Below are positions 29,534 to 39,776 of a stretch of 48,290 nucleotides of DNA, piece after piece. The stretch is from assembly GCA_036339735.1 (NCBI GenBank), contig JAYZAL010000015.1, positions 1-48,290 of the forward strand, in the 5' to 3' direction. Position 1 is the first letter of the stretch; the number at the start of each line of letters is the position of its first letter. Origin of the DNA: Candidatus Poribacteria bacterium. GTDB lineage: Bacteria > Poribacteria > WGA-4E > UBA9662. The notes under the pieces were generated by a model that had not been told where the DNA came from, made no database searches, and saw only the letters and a program-made list of their open reading frames with translations. The position numbers were made by a program, and so were the translations under genes.

Positions 29534-30448
29534 ATGTCTAACTATATTAACAGACCAGCTTACCGGCTGGGTGTGATCGTCGACGGAATTAGTCGAAACC
29601 TTGAACATACTCTGTCCGTCATGAACGAGTTCCAAATAAGCTACGCTGAACTCCAATATCTAACAATGCCTTCGGGTAAAGATAAAGAAGTCGGCGACAT
29701 GACATCAGAGGAAATTGATTGGATAAAGCGACTAGTCACAGCCCATGGAATTCAGATTTCTTGTATATCACGCCATATATTTAGTGGTTTAGCTGTAGCA
29801 GAGGTCACACTCAACGACAATGCATACCAGCAACAGATTACTGACCTTAAAAAGTGTATTCAAATGGCAAAGATGCTTGATTGTCAACTCGTTCGTATAA
29901 TGAGTTTTCGTAAAGAGATGATCCTTTTCGGTGCTCAAGGGGCAGAGGAGTGGATTGTAGCTAATGGAGCTTGGGACAAATTAGTGACTTTGCTAGAATT
30001 ACCAGTTCAAATTGCTGAAGACGAAGATATTACTTTGGTAGTAGAGACAGGTAATGGATCAATGATTACTTCAGCTTATTTAGCACGAAAATTGATTGAT
30101 CAGCTTGGATCTGATCGACTGAAGGTTCTTTGGGATCCGTGTAATAGCCTATATTGTACTGAAAAAGCATATCCAGATGGCTACCAATGTTTACGAGACG
30201 GATACTTGGGACACATACATCTCAAAGATGCACGAATTGATATTGCACAAGCGATGGTTGAATTTGTGCCGTTCAATACGGGTGATATGGCCTCCTACCT
30301 TTCTGGTTTGGCTGAAGCACTGAAACTAGACAATTACAGTGGGGTAATTTCCTTCGAGAGTGTGTATCGCCCCAAGCCTAATGCCAGTTTTGAGGATGGA
30401 TTTCGATCATCTATCAATGCTTTTCAGAATTTGTTTGCTACTAAATAG
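29534..30448 (+). CDS. Sugar-phosphate isomerase/epimerase (xylose-isomerase-like TIM barrel)
   Basis: Metal-ligand motifs 'LVVETG', 'LWDPCN', 'HIHLKD', 'YSGVISFES'. Confidence 0.85.
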   Translation: MSNYINRPAYRLGVIVDGISRNLEHTLSVMNEFQISYAELQYLTMPSGKDKEVGDMTSEEIDWIKRLVTAHGIQISCISRHIFSGLAVAEVTLNDNAYQQQITDLKKCIQMAKMLDCQLVRIMSFRKEMILFGAQGAEEWIVANGAWDKLVTLLELPVQIAEDEDITLVVETGNGSMITSAYLARKLIDQLGSDRLKVLWDPCNSLYCTEKAYPDGYQCLRDGYLGHIHLKDARIDIAQAMVEFVPFNTGDMASYLSGLAEALKLDNYSGVISFESVYRPKPNASFEDGFRSSINAFQNLFATK

Positions 30449-30582
30449 CCATTTAGGTAAAGTTATTCATTATCAAATAGCTCTGTTTGTCAGAAGAAAA
30501 ATGTTTCTTAAGTAACTAGTTCTTTAAGCTTTTGGAAAAATCATCCGTTAATCATTAGTTTGTTACAATTTGGAGAAATCAA

Positions 30583-31623
30583 ATGGAATTATTGAAAGAA
30601 CTTTGTGAGGCTTCAGGCATTCCCGGATTTGAAGGCCGGATTCGTGATATAGTCAGGCGAGAACTTGACCCAATAGTGGATGAGATCTCGGTTGATGCTA
30701 TGGGAAATATGATCTGTGTCAAGCGAAAACCTGGTGCTTTGAAGGTAATGATTGCTGCTCATATGGATGAAATTGGTTTTATGGTGAGCAACATAGATGA
30801 TAAAGGTTGGATTCGGTTAGTACCTTTGGGGGGACATGATCCTCGTAATATGGTCGCTCAACACGTACGGATTTGTACAGAAGATGGGGACCTAACTGGT
30901 GTATTATACCCAGGATTAAAACCTCCTCATATCCAAAAAGATAGCGACCGTAATAAGAAACCAGAAGTTAGCGACTTTGTAGTCGACCTGGGTTTGCCAG
31001 CCGATATAGTAAAAGAAAAAGTATCAATTGGTACACCAGTGACCATGAGGCAAAACTTTCTAGAGCTTGGTGATTGTGTTTCTTGTAAATCGATGGACAA
31101 TCGGGTAGCAGTCTATACCATGATTCGTGCAATGCAGTCCACTAGTGAATTTGGTTTTGAAACCTATGCGGTAGCAACCTCTCAAGAAGAAATTGGATTA
31201 CGAGGGGCTACGACCAGTGCAAATAGCATCAATCCAGATATTGGTATTTGTCTCGATACCACTCTGGCAACCGATATTCCGGGGGTTTCTGGACATGAGC
31301 AGATAACCAAACTGGGAGAAGGCGCTGCCATCAAAATATTTGATTCCTCAGCTATCCAGCATCCTCAATTGGTTAAATGTCTTCGACAATTAGCTGACAA
31401 AAGGGATATCAAATGGCAACACGAAATCCTACCACGTGGGGGTACTGATTCTGCTGCTATGCAAAAATCAGGGTCAGGAGTTCCGGTTGCCACAATCTCA
31501 GTACCGACTCGATACATTCATACTACTATTGAAACTGTTCACAAAGAAGATTTACAAGGGGCAGTGAATTTACTTACTGCATTTTTAGAGGAAGGACACC
31601 AAGTCCAAATTAATTTTGAATAA
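30583..31623 (+). CDS. M42 family aminopeptidase
   Basis: 'AAHMDEIGF', 'MDNR', 'QEEIGLRGA', 'GGTDS', 'PTRYIHT'. Confidence 0.92.
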   Translation: MELLKELCEASGIPGFEGRIRDIVRRELDPIVDEISVDAMGNMICVKRKPGALKVMIAAHMDEIGFMVSNIDDKGWIRLVPLGGHDPRNMVAQHVRICTEDGDLTGVLYPGLKPPHIQKDSDRNKKPEVSDFVVDLGLPADIVKEKVSIGTPVTMRQNFLELGDCVSCKSMDNRVAVYTMIRAMQSTSEFGFETYAVATSQEEIGLRGATTSANSINPDIGICLDTTLATDIPGVSGHEQITKLGEGAAIKIFDSSAIQHPQLVKCLRQLADKRDIKWQHEILPRGGTDSAAMQKSGSGVPVATISVPTRYIHTTIETVHKEDLQGAVNLLTAFLEEGHQVQINFE

Positions 31624-31639
31624 AAGTAATAGGTAAAAA

Positions 31640-33433
31640 ATGTGTGCCAATATCTCATCCCATAGTACTCCTTCTTGGGACTTAACTGATCTATACGCTG
31701 GGATTGATGACCCCAAGATCGAAGAAGATTTATCTCATATAGTTATTGACGCTGCTGCCTTCGAAACAAGGTACAAGGGTCGAATTGCACAACCTGAACT
31801 AACGGTTGAGCTGTTGCTTGAAGCTATTCAAGCATACGAAAAACTACTGGCCGACCAGTATCAGCCACAAGCCTTTGCCCATTTGCTGTTTAGTACTGAT
31901 ACTACAAAACCCGAAAGAGGTGCGTTACTTCAGCGCACACGTGAGATTAATTCTCAAGCTTCGACCCATCTGATTTTTTTTGATCTAGAAATAGGTAAGA
32001 TTCCAGCCGATACATTTAGTCGGCTTTCTGCTGATGTGCGCTTGTCTGACTACAACTACTACGTTCGGCACCAGCGAGATTTAGCTAAGCACAATCTTAC
32101 TGAAAGCCAAGAGAAAGTTTTAGAAGAGACTTCTAATAGTGGTGGACGTGCTTTTTCCCGCTTATTTACGGAAACCACCTCTCGTATTGTTTATCCAATT
32201 GACGGTCAGGAACTCACACAGAGTCAGTTATTGGTTCGTTTTCAAGAACCAGATAGAGAACGTCGACGTGTCGCTGCTCACGTTTTCTCGGAGCAGCTAG
32301 AAAATAATAGTCATTTGTTAACTTTTATTTTTAACACGCTACTGCATGAAAAACATGTTATAGATCGCTTAAGAAATTTTGAGCGACCAGAATCTTCTCG
32401 CCATTTGAGTAACGATATTGATCAATCGGTGGTCGACACTATGGTTGAAGTTACCGTTAACAACTTCGATATTGTCAGTAATTATTATCAACTCAAACAG
32501 CAATTGTTAAATATAGATCAGCTGACTCATTACGATCGCTATGCTCCTATTTCGGATACACAAACTGAATTTGATTTCGGTCAAGCACAAACGATTATCA
32601 TGGAAGCTTTTGCTGATTTTTCTCCTCAGCTAGCCAATATAGCTGAACCATTTTTCAGTCAAAATTGGATTGACGCGAAAGTTACATCAGGCAAACAGGG
32701 TGGTGCTTACTGCATGGGAGTTACGCCTCAACATCATCCTTACGTTTTTATGAATTACAACGGTAGTCTGAGAGATGTCACAACATTGGCGCATGAGTTG
32801 GGGCATGGAATTCATGACATTTTGGCCAATCAACAAAACCTACTAAATTATCATCCCGTTTTGCCTTTAGCTGAAACAGCCAGTACGTTTGCCGAAATGT
32901 TAGTTTTTGACAAATTACAAAACCAACTTACCTCCGCACAAGATCAGTTGGCACTACTGTGTAGTAAGACTGAAGATACGTTCGCCACTGTTTTCCGCCA
33001 AATTGCTATGTTCCGGTTCGAACGGTCTGCCCATGATTTACGACGGAATAGTGGTGAACAAACCGTTACTGCATACGGTGAATTATGGCAAAAAAAACAG
33101 CAGGAGATGTTTGGTGATTCACTAAAACTTGGCGCTGAGCATAGTTACTGGTGGCTTTACATTCCTCATGTATATCGGACACCATTCTACGTTTACGCGT
33201 ATGCCTTTGGCGAGTTATTGGTTTTGTCGTTATATGCTCAATATCGGAAGGAAGGAGACGCTTTTGTCTCCCGATATTTTGATTTGTTGAGAGCTGGTGG
33301 ATCCGATTCACCAGCTAAGCTGGTTTCAGCAGTTGGCTTCGATATTGAAGATCCCGACTTTTGGCAAAGTGGATTTGACCTGATACGTCGTCGTGTGGAT
33401 TTAGCCACTGAATTAGCCGGTGGTATTGAGTAG
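31640..33433 (+). CDS. M3B oligoendopeptidase F
   Basis: 'WDLTDLY', 'GKQGGAYC', 'TLAHELGHGIH', 'LAETASTFAE', 'PFYVYAYAFG'. Confidence 0.92.
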   Translation: MCANISSHSTPSWDLTDLYAGIDDPKIEEDLSHIVIDAAAFETRYKGRIAQPELTVELLLEAIQAYEKLLADQYQPQAFAHLLFSTDTTKPERGALLQRTREINSQASTHLIFFDLEIGKIPADTFSRLSADVRLSDYNYYVRHQRDLAKHNLTESQEKVLEETSNSGGRAFSRLFTETTSRIVYPIDGQELTQSQLLVRFQEPDRERRRVAAHVFSEQLENNSHLLTFIFNTLLHEKHVIDRLRNFERPESSRHLSNDIDQSVVDTMVEVTVNNFDIVSNYYQLKQQLLNIDQLTHYDRYAPISDTQTEFDFGQAQTIIMEAFADFSPQLANIAEPFFSQNWIDAKVTSGKQGGAYCMGVTPQHHPYVFMNYNGSLRDVTTLAHELGHGIHDILANQQNLLNYHPVLPLAETASTFAEMLVFDKLQNQLTSAQDQLALLCSKTEDTFATVFRQIAMFRFERSAHDLRRNSGEQTVTAYGELWQKKQQEMFGDSLKLGAEHSYWWLYIPHVYRTPFYVYAYAFGELLVLSLYAQYRKEGDAFVSRYFDLLRAGGSDSPAKLVSAVGFDIEDPDFWQSGFDLIRRRVDLATELAGGIE

Positions 33434-33570
33434 AAAAAGTTAAGTATATAGTACGCCAATTAATCTGGAATTCAAATGAGTGGTTGTGATTGATCGGCAT
33501 ATTATTCTCGTCAAATTATGAAAAATAAGGAATCCATTTTACCTATAAGCAGTGTTGTAAGAAAAACGTG

Positions 33571-33600
33571 TTGACTTCAATAATCTGCCTATTTTATAAT
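33571..33600 (+). promoter_or_regulatory. Sigma70 promoter of ftsZ
   Basis: TTGACT-18-TATAAT. Confidence 0.65.
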
Positions 33601-33685
33601 AGCCAGATCGTTCGCGTAGCAATTGCTTAGAGTTAAGTATTCGTTGTTATCATGAATTCCTTCCATGGAAAGAACGGGGATTAAG

Positions 33686-35029
33686 ATGATTGAGTTTGAA
33701 GATACCCAATTAAGTGGCCAGGCACGGATTAAGGTTATTGGTGTAGGTGGCGGCGGGAATAATGCTGTCAAACACATGATTGACGCGGAACTAGCAGGGA
33801 TCGATTTTTTTGTCGTCAATACAGATTTGCAAGCTTTGCAGCAGTGTCATACGGCTACCCAAATTCAGATTGGTGCTAACACGACAGACGGTCTTGGGGC
33901 GGGGGCCAATCCTGATGTTGGGCGCAAAGCTGCGGAAGAGAATATTGATGATTTGCAAAGGATTGTTTCCGACGCTGACATGGTGTTTGTCACCGCAGGT
34001 ATGGGTGGAGGTACTGGTACAGGTGCAGCTCCCGTAGTAGCCGGTTTAGCTAAGGACGCTGGTGCACTAACAATCGGTGTCGTCACTCGTCCTTTTCGAT
34101 TTGAAGGAAGAAGCCGGGAACTTTCTGCCGATCAGGGATTGGAAGAAATGCGGGAAAATACTGACTCAGTGATTGTGATCCCTAATCAACGATTAATGGA
34201 GCTTGGTGATAAAAAGCTTCCCTTATTAGCGTCTTTTCGTATGGTTGATGATATTCTGCTAAATGCAGTACAGAGTATTTCAGATATGATTCAGGTGCCA
34301 GGGGCTGTTAATCTCGATTTTGCTGATATTAAAACCATAATGCAGGATTCGGGTACTGCGTTGATGGGGGTTGGGTTTGGCACTAACGACGACAGAGCAC
34401 AGCTGGCGGCCCAAAGTGCGATTTCTTCTCCACTACTCGAGCAAAGTACAATTGAGGGCGCAACCGGAGTTATCGTCAACTTCACTGCATCACCTAATTT
34501 CGCAGCTCAGGAACTTGAAAATGCAATGGAGATAATTGGGGAAGCTGCTAATCCAGGACAAATTAACTCAAGCCAAGTCATTTTTGGTTTATCTTACAAT
34601 GAAGATTTGGAAGATGAACTGTACATTACCGTAATTGCAACTGGGTTTGATACTAATCAATCATCACTGGATGTTGGTAGCGACATGCCGTTCGGTGAAG
34701 CCGGTTATACTAACCCAATGCAAACTGACCGGCCAGTAAGACCCAGTGGAAACCCGTTTGCGCAAAACCCTCGACAGAGGTCTAATACGAACAGTATGAG
34801 ACAAGCAGGATTTTCTTCTGCCCCTACTCGAGCCCAGTCTACAAGAGCGGTAGCTGGAAACTTGAACCAAGACACAACCTATATGGATGACGACCAGACT
34901 TTTCTTTCTCAGCCCAAGCCACCAAATAACGATAACCGGGCTAAACAAGCCGGTTTGCCCAGTGATGAGGCCGAACTTGACAAACCAACTTTCCTTCGTG
35001 TTCGAAAACCGTCCCGCTCTCGCCGTTAG
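33686..35029 (+). CDS. ftsZ: Cell division protein FtsZ
   Basis: 'GVGGGGNNAV', 'GMGGGTGTG', T7 loop 'NLDFAD', disordered linker and C-terminal 'LDKPTFLR'. Start is ATG 33686 or 33665. Confidence 0.97.
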   Translation: MIEFEDTQLSGQARIKVIGVGGGGNNAVKHMIDAELAGIDFFVVNTDLQALQQCHTATQIQIGANTTDGLGAGANPDVGRKAAEENIDDLQRIVSDADMVFVTAGMGGGTGTGAAPVVAGLAKDAGALTIGVVTRPFRFEGRSRELSADQGLEEMRENTDSVIVIPNQRLMELGDKKLPLLASFRMVDDILLNAVQSISDMIQVPGAVNLDFADIKTIMQDSGTALMGVGFGTNDDRAQLAAQSAISSPLLEQSTIEGATGVIVNFTASPNFAAQELENAMEIIGEAANPGQINSSQVIFGLSYNEDLEDELYITVIATGFDTNQSSLDVGSDMPFGEAGYTNPMQTDRPVRPSGNPFAQNPRQRSNTNSMRQAGFSSAPTRAQSTRAVAGNLNQDTTYMDDDQTFLSQPKPPNNDNRAKQAGLPSDEAELDKPTFLRVRKPSRSRR

Positions 35030-35078
35030 ATGGTGAAAGCCTGACGTGCCCGCCATACTATCCTATGTAAATAACTCG

Positions 35079-35111
35079 AACGAAAGGAGTCTGGAGTAAT
35101 CCCTTTTCGTT
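35079..35111. terminator. Probable terminator between ftsZ and the convergent operon
   Basis: Imperfect inverted repeat aacgaaagg ... cttttcgtt. Confidence 0.5.
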
Positions 35112-35145
35112 TACATTGGCTACAGTTATTCTGCAATCTGGCTAT

Positions 35146-35772
35146 CTAGAATTTGGTTAGTTGAGTTTCTACCGGCTGGTATTCGATCAGACTTTTCACC
35201 TCAGTTACTAAGTGTTGACCGTATAATTCTCTTACAACATTTAAACCAACATCGACTCCCAGTGCTCCGCCAGCACACGTGATTACCCGACCACATTGTA
35301 CAATTTTGCCGGGGTATGGGACCAGGTCTTCCCTTCTCTGTAATTCCGCTAGTGATAGCCAATGCGTAGTGACTTGCCTCTGGCGTAAAACACCAGCTGC
35401 AGCCAAGATAAGTGTCCCGGTCGAAACGCCGAGAATAAAGTCACATTTATCTGCAACAGTACCCAATTTCGATTGAATCATTGGGTTAGAGACTGGCATC
35501 CGTCGGCCTTCACCACCAGGTACAACTAGGATGTTCATTTTCGTATCCATTTCCAAGTCCCCAAAAGTATATTGTGGCATAATGGTCAGTCCACCAGTAC
35601 AAATAACTGGTTGCAGTCGCAAGGCAAATGTAAAAATAGAGAATGATTCTGGCCGTATCCGCTCGACGGCAGAGAATACTTGATAGATACCAGCAAAATC
35701 TCCAACATCTACATCATCAAAAATGAATAGACCAACTTGATTGGCCGCTTGTTTAGCTGTCTGACTGACCAC
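35146..35772 (-). CDS. DJ-1/PfpI family protein lacking the nucleophile Cys
   Basis: 'ILVVPGGEG', 'GVSTGTLILAAAGVL', 'VTTHW', 'LIEY'. Confidence 0.85.
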   Translation of the reverse strand: MVSQTAKQAANQVGLFIFDDVDVGDFAGIYQVFSAVERIRPESFSIFTFALRLQPVICTGGLTIMPQYTFGDLEMDTKMNILVVPGGEGRRMPVSNPMIQSKLGTVADKCDFILGVSTGTLILAAAGVLRQRQVTTHWLSLAELQRREDLVPYPGKIVQCGRVITCAGGALGVDVGLNVVRELYGQHLVTEVKSLIEYQPVETQLTKF

Positions 35773-36277
35773 GACGCATCATTTGCCCAAGCCGAACGTA
35801 TTCTTCAACACCGTGTTTAGCCCTTGCTAAGTCGGCTTCATCAACCTGACGGCGAACTTTAGCTGGCACCCCCAAAACTACACTATCGGGTGGGATTTCT
35901 TGCCCTTCCAAAACTACTGCACCTGCTCCAATGACAGATCGAGCACCGATTTTGGCTCCACTTAGAATTATAGCACCCATTGAAATTAGAGCTTGATCTT
36001 CAATGATGCAACCATGAATAATCGCACCATGCCCAATAGTGACATCTTCACCAATTAAGCATGGTTGCCCCAAATCTAAGTGTACAATCGTTCCATCTTG
36101 AATATTTGTTCTTCGACCAACTCTAATTTCATCAATATCCGCTCGAAGCACGCAATTAAACCAAACCGAGGCTTCTTCGTCCACGGTGACAGCACCGATG
36201 AGTTTGGCACCTTCAGCCACATAAGCTGAATCGGAAATTTGGGGCAATTTTTCTTGAAAAGGAATCAACATCGTCAT
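35753..36277 (-). CDS. Gamma-carbonic anhydrase family (YrdA-like) protein
   Basis: Hexapeptide repeats, 'VLRAD', 'TNIQDG .. VH', 'VTIGHGAIIHGC'. Confidence 0.92.
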   Translation of the reverse strand: MTMLIPFQEKLPQISDSAYVAEGAKLIGAVTVDEEASVWFNCVLRADIDEIRVGRRTNIQDGTIVHLDLGQPCLIGEDVTIGHGAIIHGCIIEDQALISMGAIILSGAKIGARSVIGAGAVVLEGQEIPPDSVVLGVPAKVRRQVDEADLARAKHGVEEYVRLGQMMRRGQSDS

Positions 36278-37050
36278 TGACAGAACTCCAATCCATATTG
36301 ATTTTCTTCTAGTAAACAGTCAAGTGCAGTCGTCAGTGCTTTTAAATGAGCGTCCACCCGTTTCGACATTGACCAAAATGACGAGGGCGTTTCACAAGTA
36401 ATCGTACGACAAGCTTTTTTTCGCTTAAATAAGTAAACAGGCATTGGCCCTCTCACCCTTACTTCAGGTGTCGGTCGTAATACGGCCTCATTATTAGTGC
36501 GATATTCATCAACCAGTGCATTCTGGTGGAGTTTACCTATCAAACCAACAGCAGAAGTAACGTATTCTCCAAGTTGCAGCCGGTTTTCATTCAATTCAAA
36601 AAGGTAAAATCCATCATACTCCCAGTCTTCATGGAATTCGATGAACAGATCGTATTTAGAGTACTCTAGTACTGATTGCACAGCTCGGGCCTCAATTGTG
36701 GGCTCATCTTCAAATGTACGGTTAATATCGATCCCGTCCGAATTTTCACGAAGGTTGTGAACAAGACCAAAGGGGTTTAAACAAGGAAAAACGTCAAAAT
36801 GAAATTGGTTGCGCCATGGTGGCAAATACTGCTCTAAGAAAGTCAGCACAGCTTCTACACCCGCAGGCTCATCGCCGTGTATACCAGCCGAAATAAGAAT
36901 TTTTGGTACTGATTGACCAGAGTTTGCAGATAACACTTGCAGGAAGAAAATTGGCAGTTCTACTATTCTCTCAACGGTTTGTAAGATTACATTTGGTGAA
37001 TGATTGGAAAAAAACTCAATCCTTTCTACTACTGATTGATAATTTAACAC
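36274..37050 (-). CDS. M14 metallocarboxypeptidase / succinylglutamate desuccinylase-like protein
   Basis: 'ISAGIHGDEPAG', 'PCLNPFG', 'REN..GIDINR', 'FHED', 'TCETP'. Likely start GTG 37050, just after the sulfatase stop. Confidence 0.85.
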   Translation of the reverse strand: MLNYQSVVERIEFFSNHSPNVILQTVERIVELPIFFLQVLSANSGQSVPKILISAGIHGDEPAGVEAVLTFLEQYLPPWRNQFHFDVFPCLNPFGLVHNLRENSDGIDINRTFEDEPTIEARAVQSVLEYSKYDLFIEFHEDWEYDGFYLFELNENRLQLGEYVTSAVGLIGKLHQNALVDEYRTNNEAVLRPTPEVRVRGPMPVYLFKRKKACRTITCETPSSFWSMSKRVDAHLKALTTALDCLLEENQYGLEFCQ

Positions 37051-37054
37051 AAGC

Positions 37055-38569
37055 TTAGGCACCTGAGATACGTGGCATTGGTAAGGGCTCAGCCCCGAGT
37101 TGGGCGGATAGGAATCTAGCAATCAGTTCGGACTTTAGCTCGACAGAATTAGGATCATCCCAGAGATTATGTAGTTCTTCTGGGTCAGTTTCCAAGTCGA
37201 ACAATTCACCATAAGATTGATTGTAGTAAACAGTAATTTTATACCGATCCTCAATGTAGGTTTTTAGGTGGATGGTAGTTGGCTCATGTCGATTTTCGAC
37301 CATTACATGATCCCGTTTTAGAGTATCATCATAATTATACCAAACACCTGTTTGGTCTTTCCCTGTCATAGAATAAGGAATTTTTATATCGGCTGCGCTG
37401 AGAAAAGTGGGGGCGTAATCTACCAGTGTTTGTAAAGCTGTGGATGTTTTGCCGGCAGGTACTCTACCTGGCTGACGAACGATCATTGGCACTCGAATTA
37501 AATCTTCGTAATGGAATGGCCCCTTAGCTGTTAGTCCGTGGTGACCGTAAAAATGCCCATGATCAGAAGTAAAAACGATTAGGGTATTCTCAGCTAAGCC
37601 TAACGCATCCAAATGATTAACAATTTGGCCGATGTAATGATCCATCATGCTAACCATTCCATAGTAAATGGCAATATCCTTAGCCAATTCATCACGATTA
37701 TGAAGATGTGAGTGGCAGCCGTGAATTCCTTGTCCGCTTTCTCGATAGGCGGAGAAGTCTGGCTTTATCTCTTGAGTCATCTGAAAGTGAGGTGGGTTTT
37801 TTACATGTTCGCCAGACACAAGCGAAGGTACTGTTATCTGGTTTGGATCATACATACTATCCCAAGGTTCCGGTACCAGATACTTCGGGTGTGGATCGAA
37901 AAAACTAGACCACAGGAAAAAGTTATCTCCTGCTTCATGATACTGACTGAGCAGACTGTTAGTCCGTTCAGCAATCCAAGTATTGTAGTGATATTCCTCT
38001 GGTATTAGCCACTTTCGACGTTGAGTATCATTATTACCGGTTGGAGAGCGGAAATAGTCTCTCCAGTTTTTGCACCCCTTATTTTCCAGCCAGATGGCAT
38101 AATGCTGACCAACATGTGCTTCGTCTGTATGATTACGAGCTAACTCTATGTGTTCGAAACCATAAAAAGTTTCGTCAAATTCAGACCAAAAGTCTAAGTC
38201 CTGTAAAATAGGATAAGATTCCAGAGATGAAAACTCTTCACTCTCACGAAGTGGCTGGAAATGAGCTTTACCAATCAAACTAGTACGATAACCCGCTTGT
38301 AAGAAATCTTCTCCAACCGTATGACGACTTTCCAGCAGTTTAGTCCCTAGAGAATAAGCACCATGTTGACTTGGATATTGCCCTGTGATAATTGATGCCC
38401 TGGTAGGCGTACAAGTTGGATTAGGACAGTATGCTCTGCTGAAGGTAGTACCTGATTCGGCCAGCCGATCAAGATGCGGAGTTTGTATCTCCGGGTTATA
38501 TTGACCAAGTGTATTCCAATGCTGTTGATCGCTGGTAATCAGCAACACGTTGGTTCTGCGTACTGACAT
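37055..38569 (-). CDS. Formylglycine-dependent (Cys-type) sulfatase
   Basis: 'NVLLITSDQQ', 'CTPTRASIITG', 'GKAH', 'DPHP', 'FTSDHG', 'ELFDLETDPEELHNL'. Confidence 0.93.
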   Translation of the reverse strand: MSVRRTNVLLITSDQQHWNTLGQYNPEIQTPHLDRLAESGTTFSRAYCPNPTCTPTRASIITGQYPSQHGAYSLGTKLLESRHTVGEDFLQAGYRTSLIGKAHFQPLRESEEFSSLESYPILQDLDFWSEFDETFYGFEHIELARNHTDEAHVGQHYAIWLENKGCKNWRDYFRSPTGNNDTQRRKWLIPEEYHYNTWIAERTNSLLSQYHEAGDNFFLWSSFFDPHPKYLVPEPWDSMYDPNQITVPSLVSGEHVKNPPHFQMTQEIKPDFSAYRESGQGIHGCHSHLHNRDELAKDIAIYYGMVSMMDHYIGQIVNHLDALGLAENTLIVFTSDHGHFYGHHGLTAKGPFHYEDLIRVPMIVRQPGRVPAGKTSTALQTLVDYAPTFLSAADIKIPYSMTGKDQTGVWYNYDDTLKRDHVMVENRHEPTTIHLKTYIEDRYKITVYYNQSYGELFDLETDPEELHNLWDDPNSVELKSELIARFLSAQLGAEPLPMPRISGA

Positions 38570-38589
38570 TCTCTCTCCCTATTCTGGCT

Positions 38590-38618
38590 ATTTTAGCCCT
38601 TTCGTTTAGGCTTGTCAA
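38590..38618 (-). promoter_or_regulatory. Sigma70 promoter of the sulfatase operon
   Basis: Minus strand TTGACA-17-TAAAAT. Confidence 0.65.
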
Positions 38619-38647
38619 GATTGGGTGTTTATTCTGAAATTAGCCGA

Positions 38648-39613
38648 TTAGGTAGCAAAAGATGCAGAAACCTCATCCAATTCCTTCATAATCTGGCTGT
38701 CAATTTTCCAGCCAACAGCACCTATATTATCTTCAATTTGGCTGATGGAATCACTACCAGATATGAAAACCGTCACTTCAGGCTTCGACAGGATCCAGGC
38801 TTGTGCTAACTGAGCGGGTGTTTTGCTAATTTCTTTAGCCAGTTTGATTAGAGTTTCTATGACTTTTCCCTCGTTTCCCTGCATTTGTTTCGTAAATTGA
38901 TCGGGGTGTTGCGCCCAATAACTACCGATTGGTGGATTTTGGCGAGGTTGATAAATACCACTAAGCAGGCCAACGGCCAGTGGACTATAAGCCATCATAC
39001 CCAGTCCCATTTCAGCGAGTAGGCCAAACATTTCTAATTCTAATCGGCGATTTAGTAGACTATAAGAATTTTGAATACCAATGATTGGATCGACTCCAAG
39101 TTGATCTGCCACCCACAGAGACTGACATACTTTCCAAGCTGGAAAGTTACAGCAACCGACATAGCGAGCTTTACCTGACCGTACAATATCATCCATAGCA
39201 CGTAAAGTTTCAGCGAGTGGCGTTCTATCATCGGGTGCATGAATTAAATAAATATCGACATGATCAGTATCCAAACGCTTTAGAGATCGGTCAATCTCGC
39301 GTAGGATATGGTAACGTGACAGACCTGAATCGTTGGTACCACTGCCTATGGAAGAACAAACCTTGGACGTAACTACCAGATTGTCTCGCCGTTTTTTAAT
39401 AGCCCGACCTAAAATGATTTCGGATTGGCCAATGTTGGCCCGATCATCCATCGTGCCATAGATGTTAGCACAATCAATGAAGTTGATCCCCTGATCAATA
39501 GCATAGGAAATCATTCTTTCAACTTCAACAGCGTCATTCTGTCCTCTCAACCCTAGTCCAAGTGCAACTTGACTGACATTAACTCCTGCTTTTCCAAAAT
39601 TAACGTATTCCAT
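38648..39613 (-). CDS. Aldo/keto reductase
   Basis: 'GINFIDCANIYG', 'TSKV', 'SLKRLDTDHVDIYLIH', 'AYSPLAVGLLSG'. Confidence 0.92.
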   Translation of the reverse strand: MEYVNFGKAGVNVSQVALGLGLRGQNDAVEVERMISYAIDQGINFIDCANIYGTMDDRANIGQSEIILGRAIKKRRDNLVVTSKVCSSIGSGTNDSGLSRYHILREIDRSLKRLDTDHVDIYLIHAPDDRTPLAETLRAMDDIVRSGKARYVGCCNFPAWKVCQSLWVADQLGVDPIIGIQNSYSLLNRRLELEMFGLLAEMGLGMMAYSPLAVGLLSGIYQPRQNPPIGSYWAQHPDQFTKQMQGNEGKVIETLIKLAKEISKTPAQLAQAWILSKPEVTVFISGSDSISQIEDNIGAVGWKIDSQIMKELDEVSASFAT

Positions 39614-39724
39614 AATGATAACCTCTCAATTAATCGAATTAAATTAGTCAATTCTTCTCGATGTCAATCACTTTTTGTACTCTCTGGTACCTAGACCGGT
39701 CAGTTGAAATGTAACATTCAGACA

Positions 39725-39753
39725 TTGACGACTAACAATAGCTTTGCTATGCT
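39725..39753 (+). promoter_or_regulatory. Sigma70-like promoter
   Basis: TTGACG-17-TATGCT, with TG one base upstream of the -10. Confidence 0.5.
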
Positions 39754-39776
39754 CAGGTTGTTTGTGAGCTTATTCA

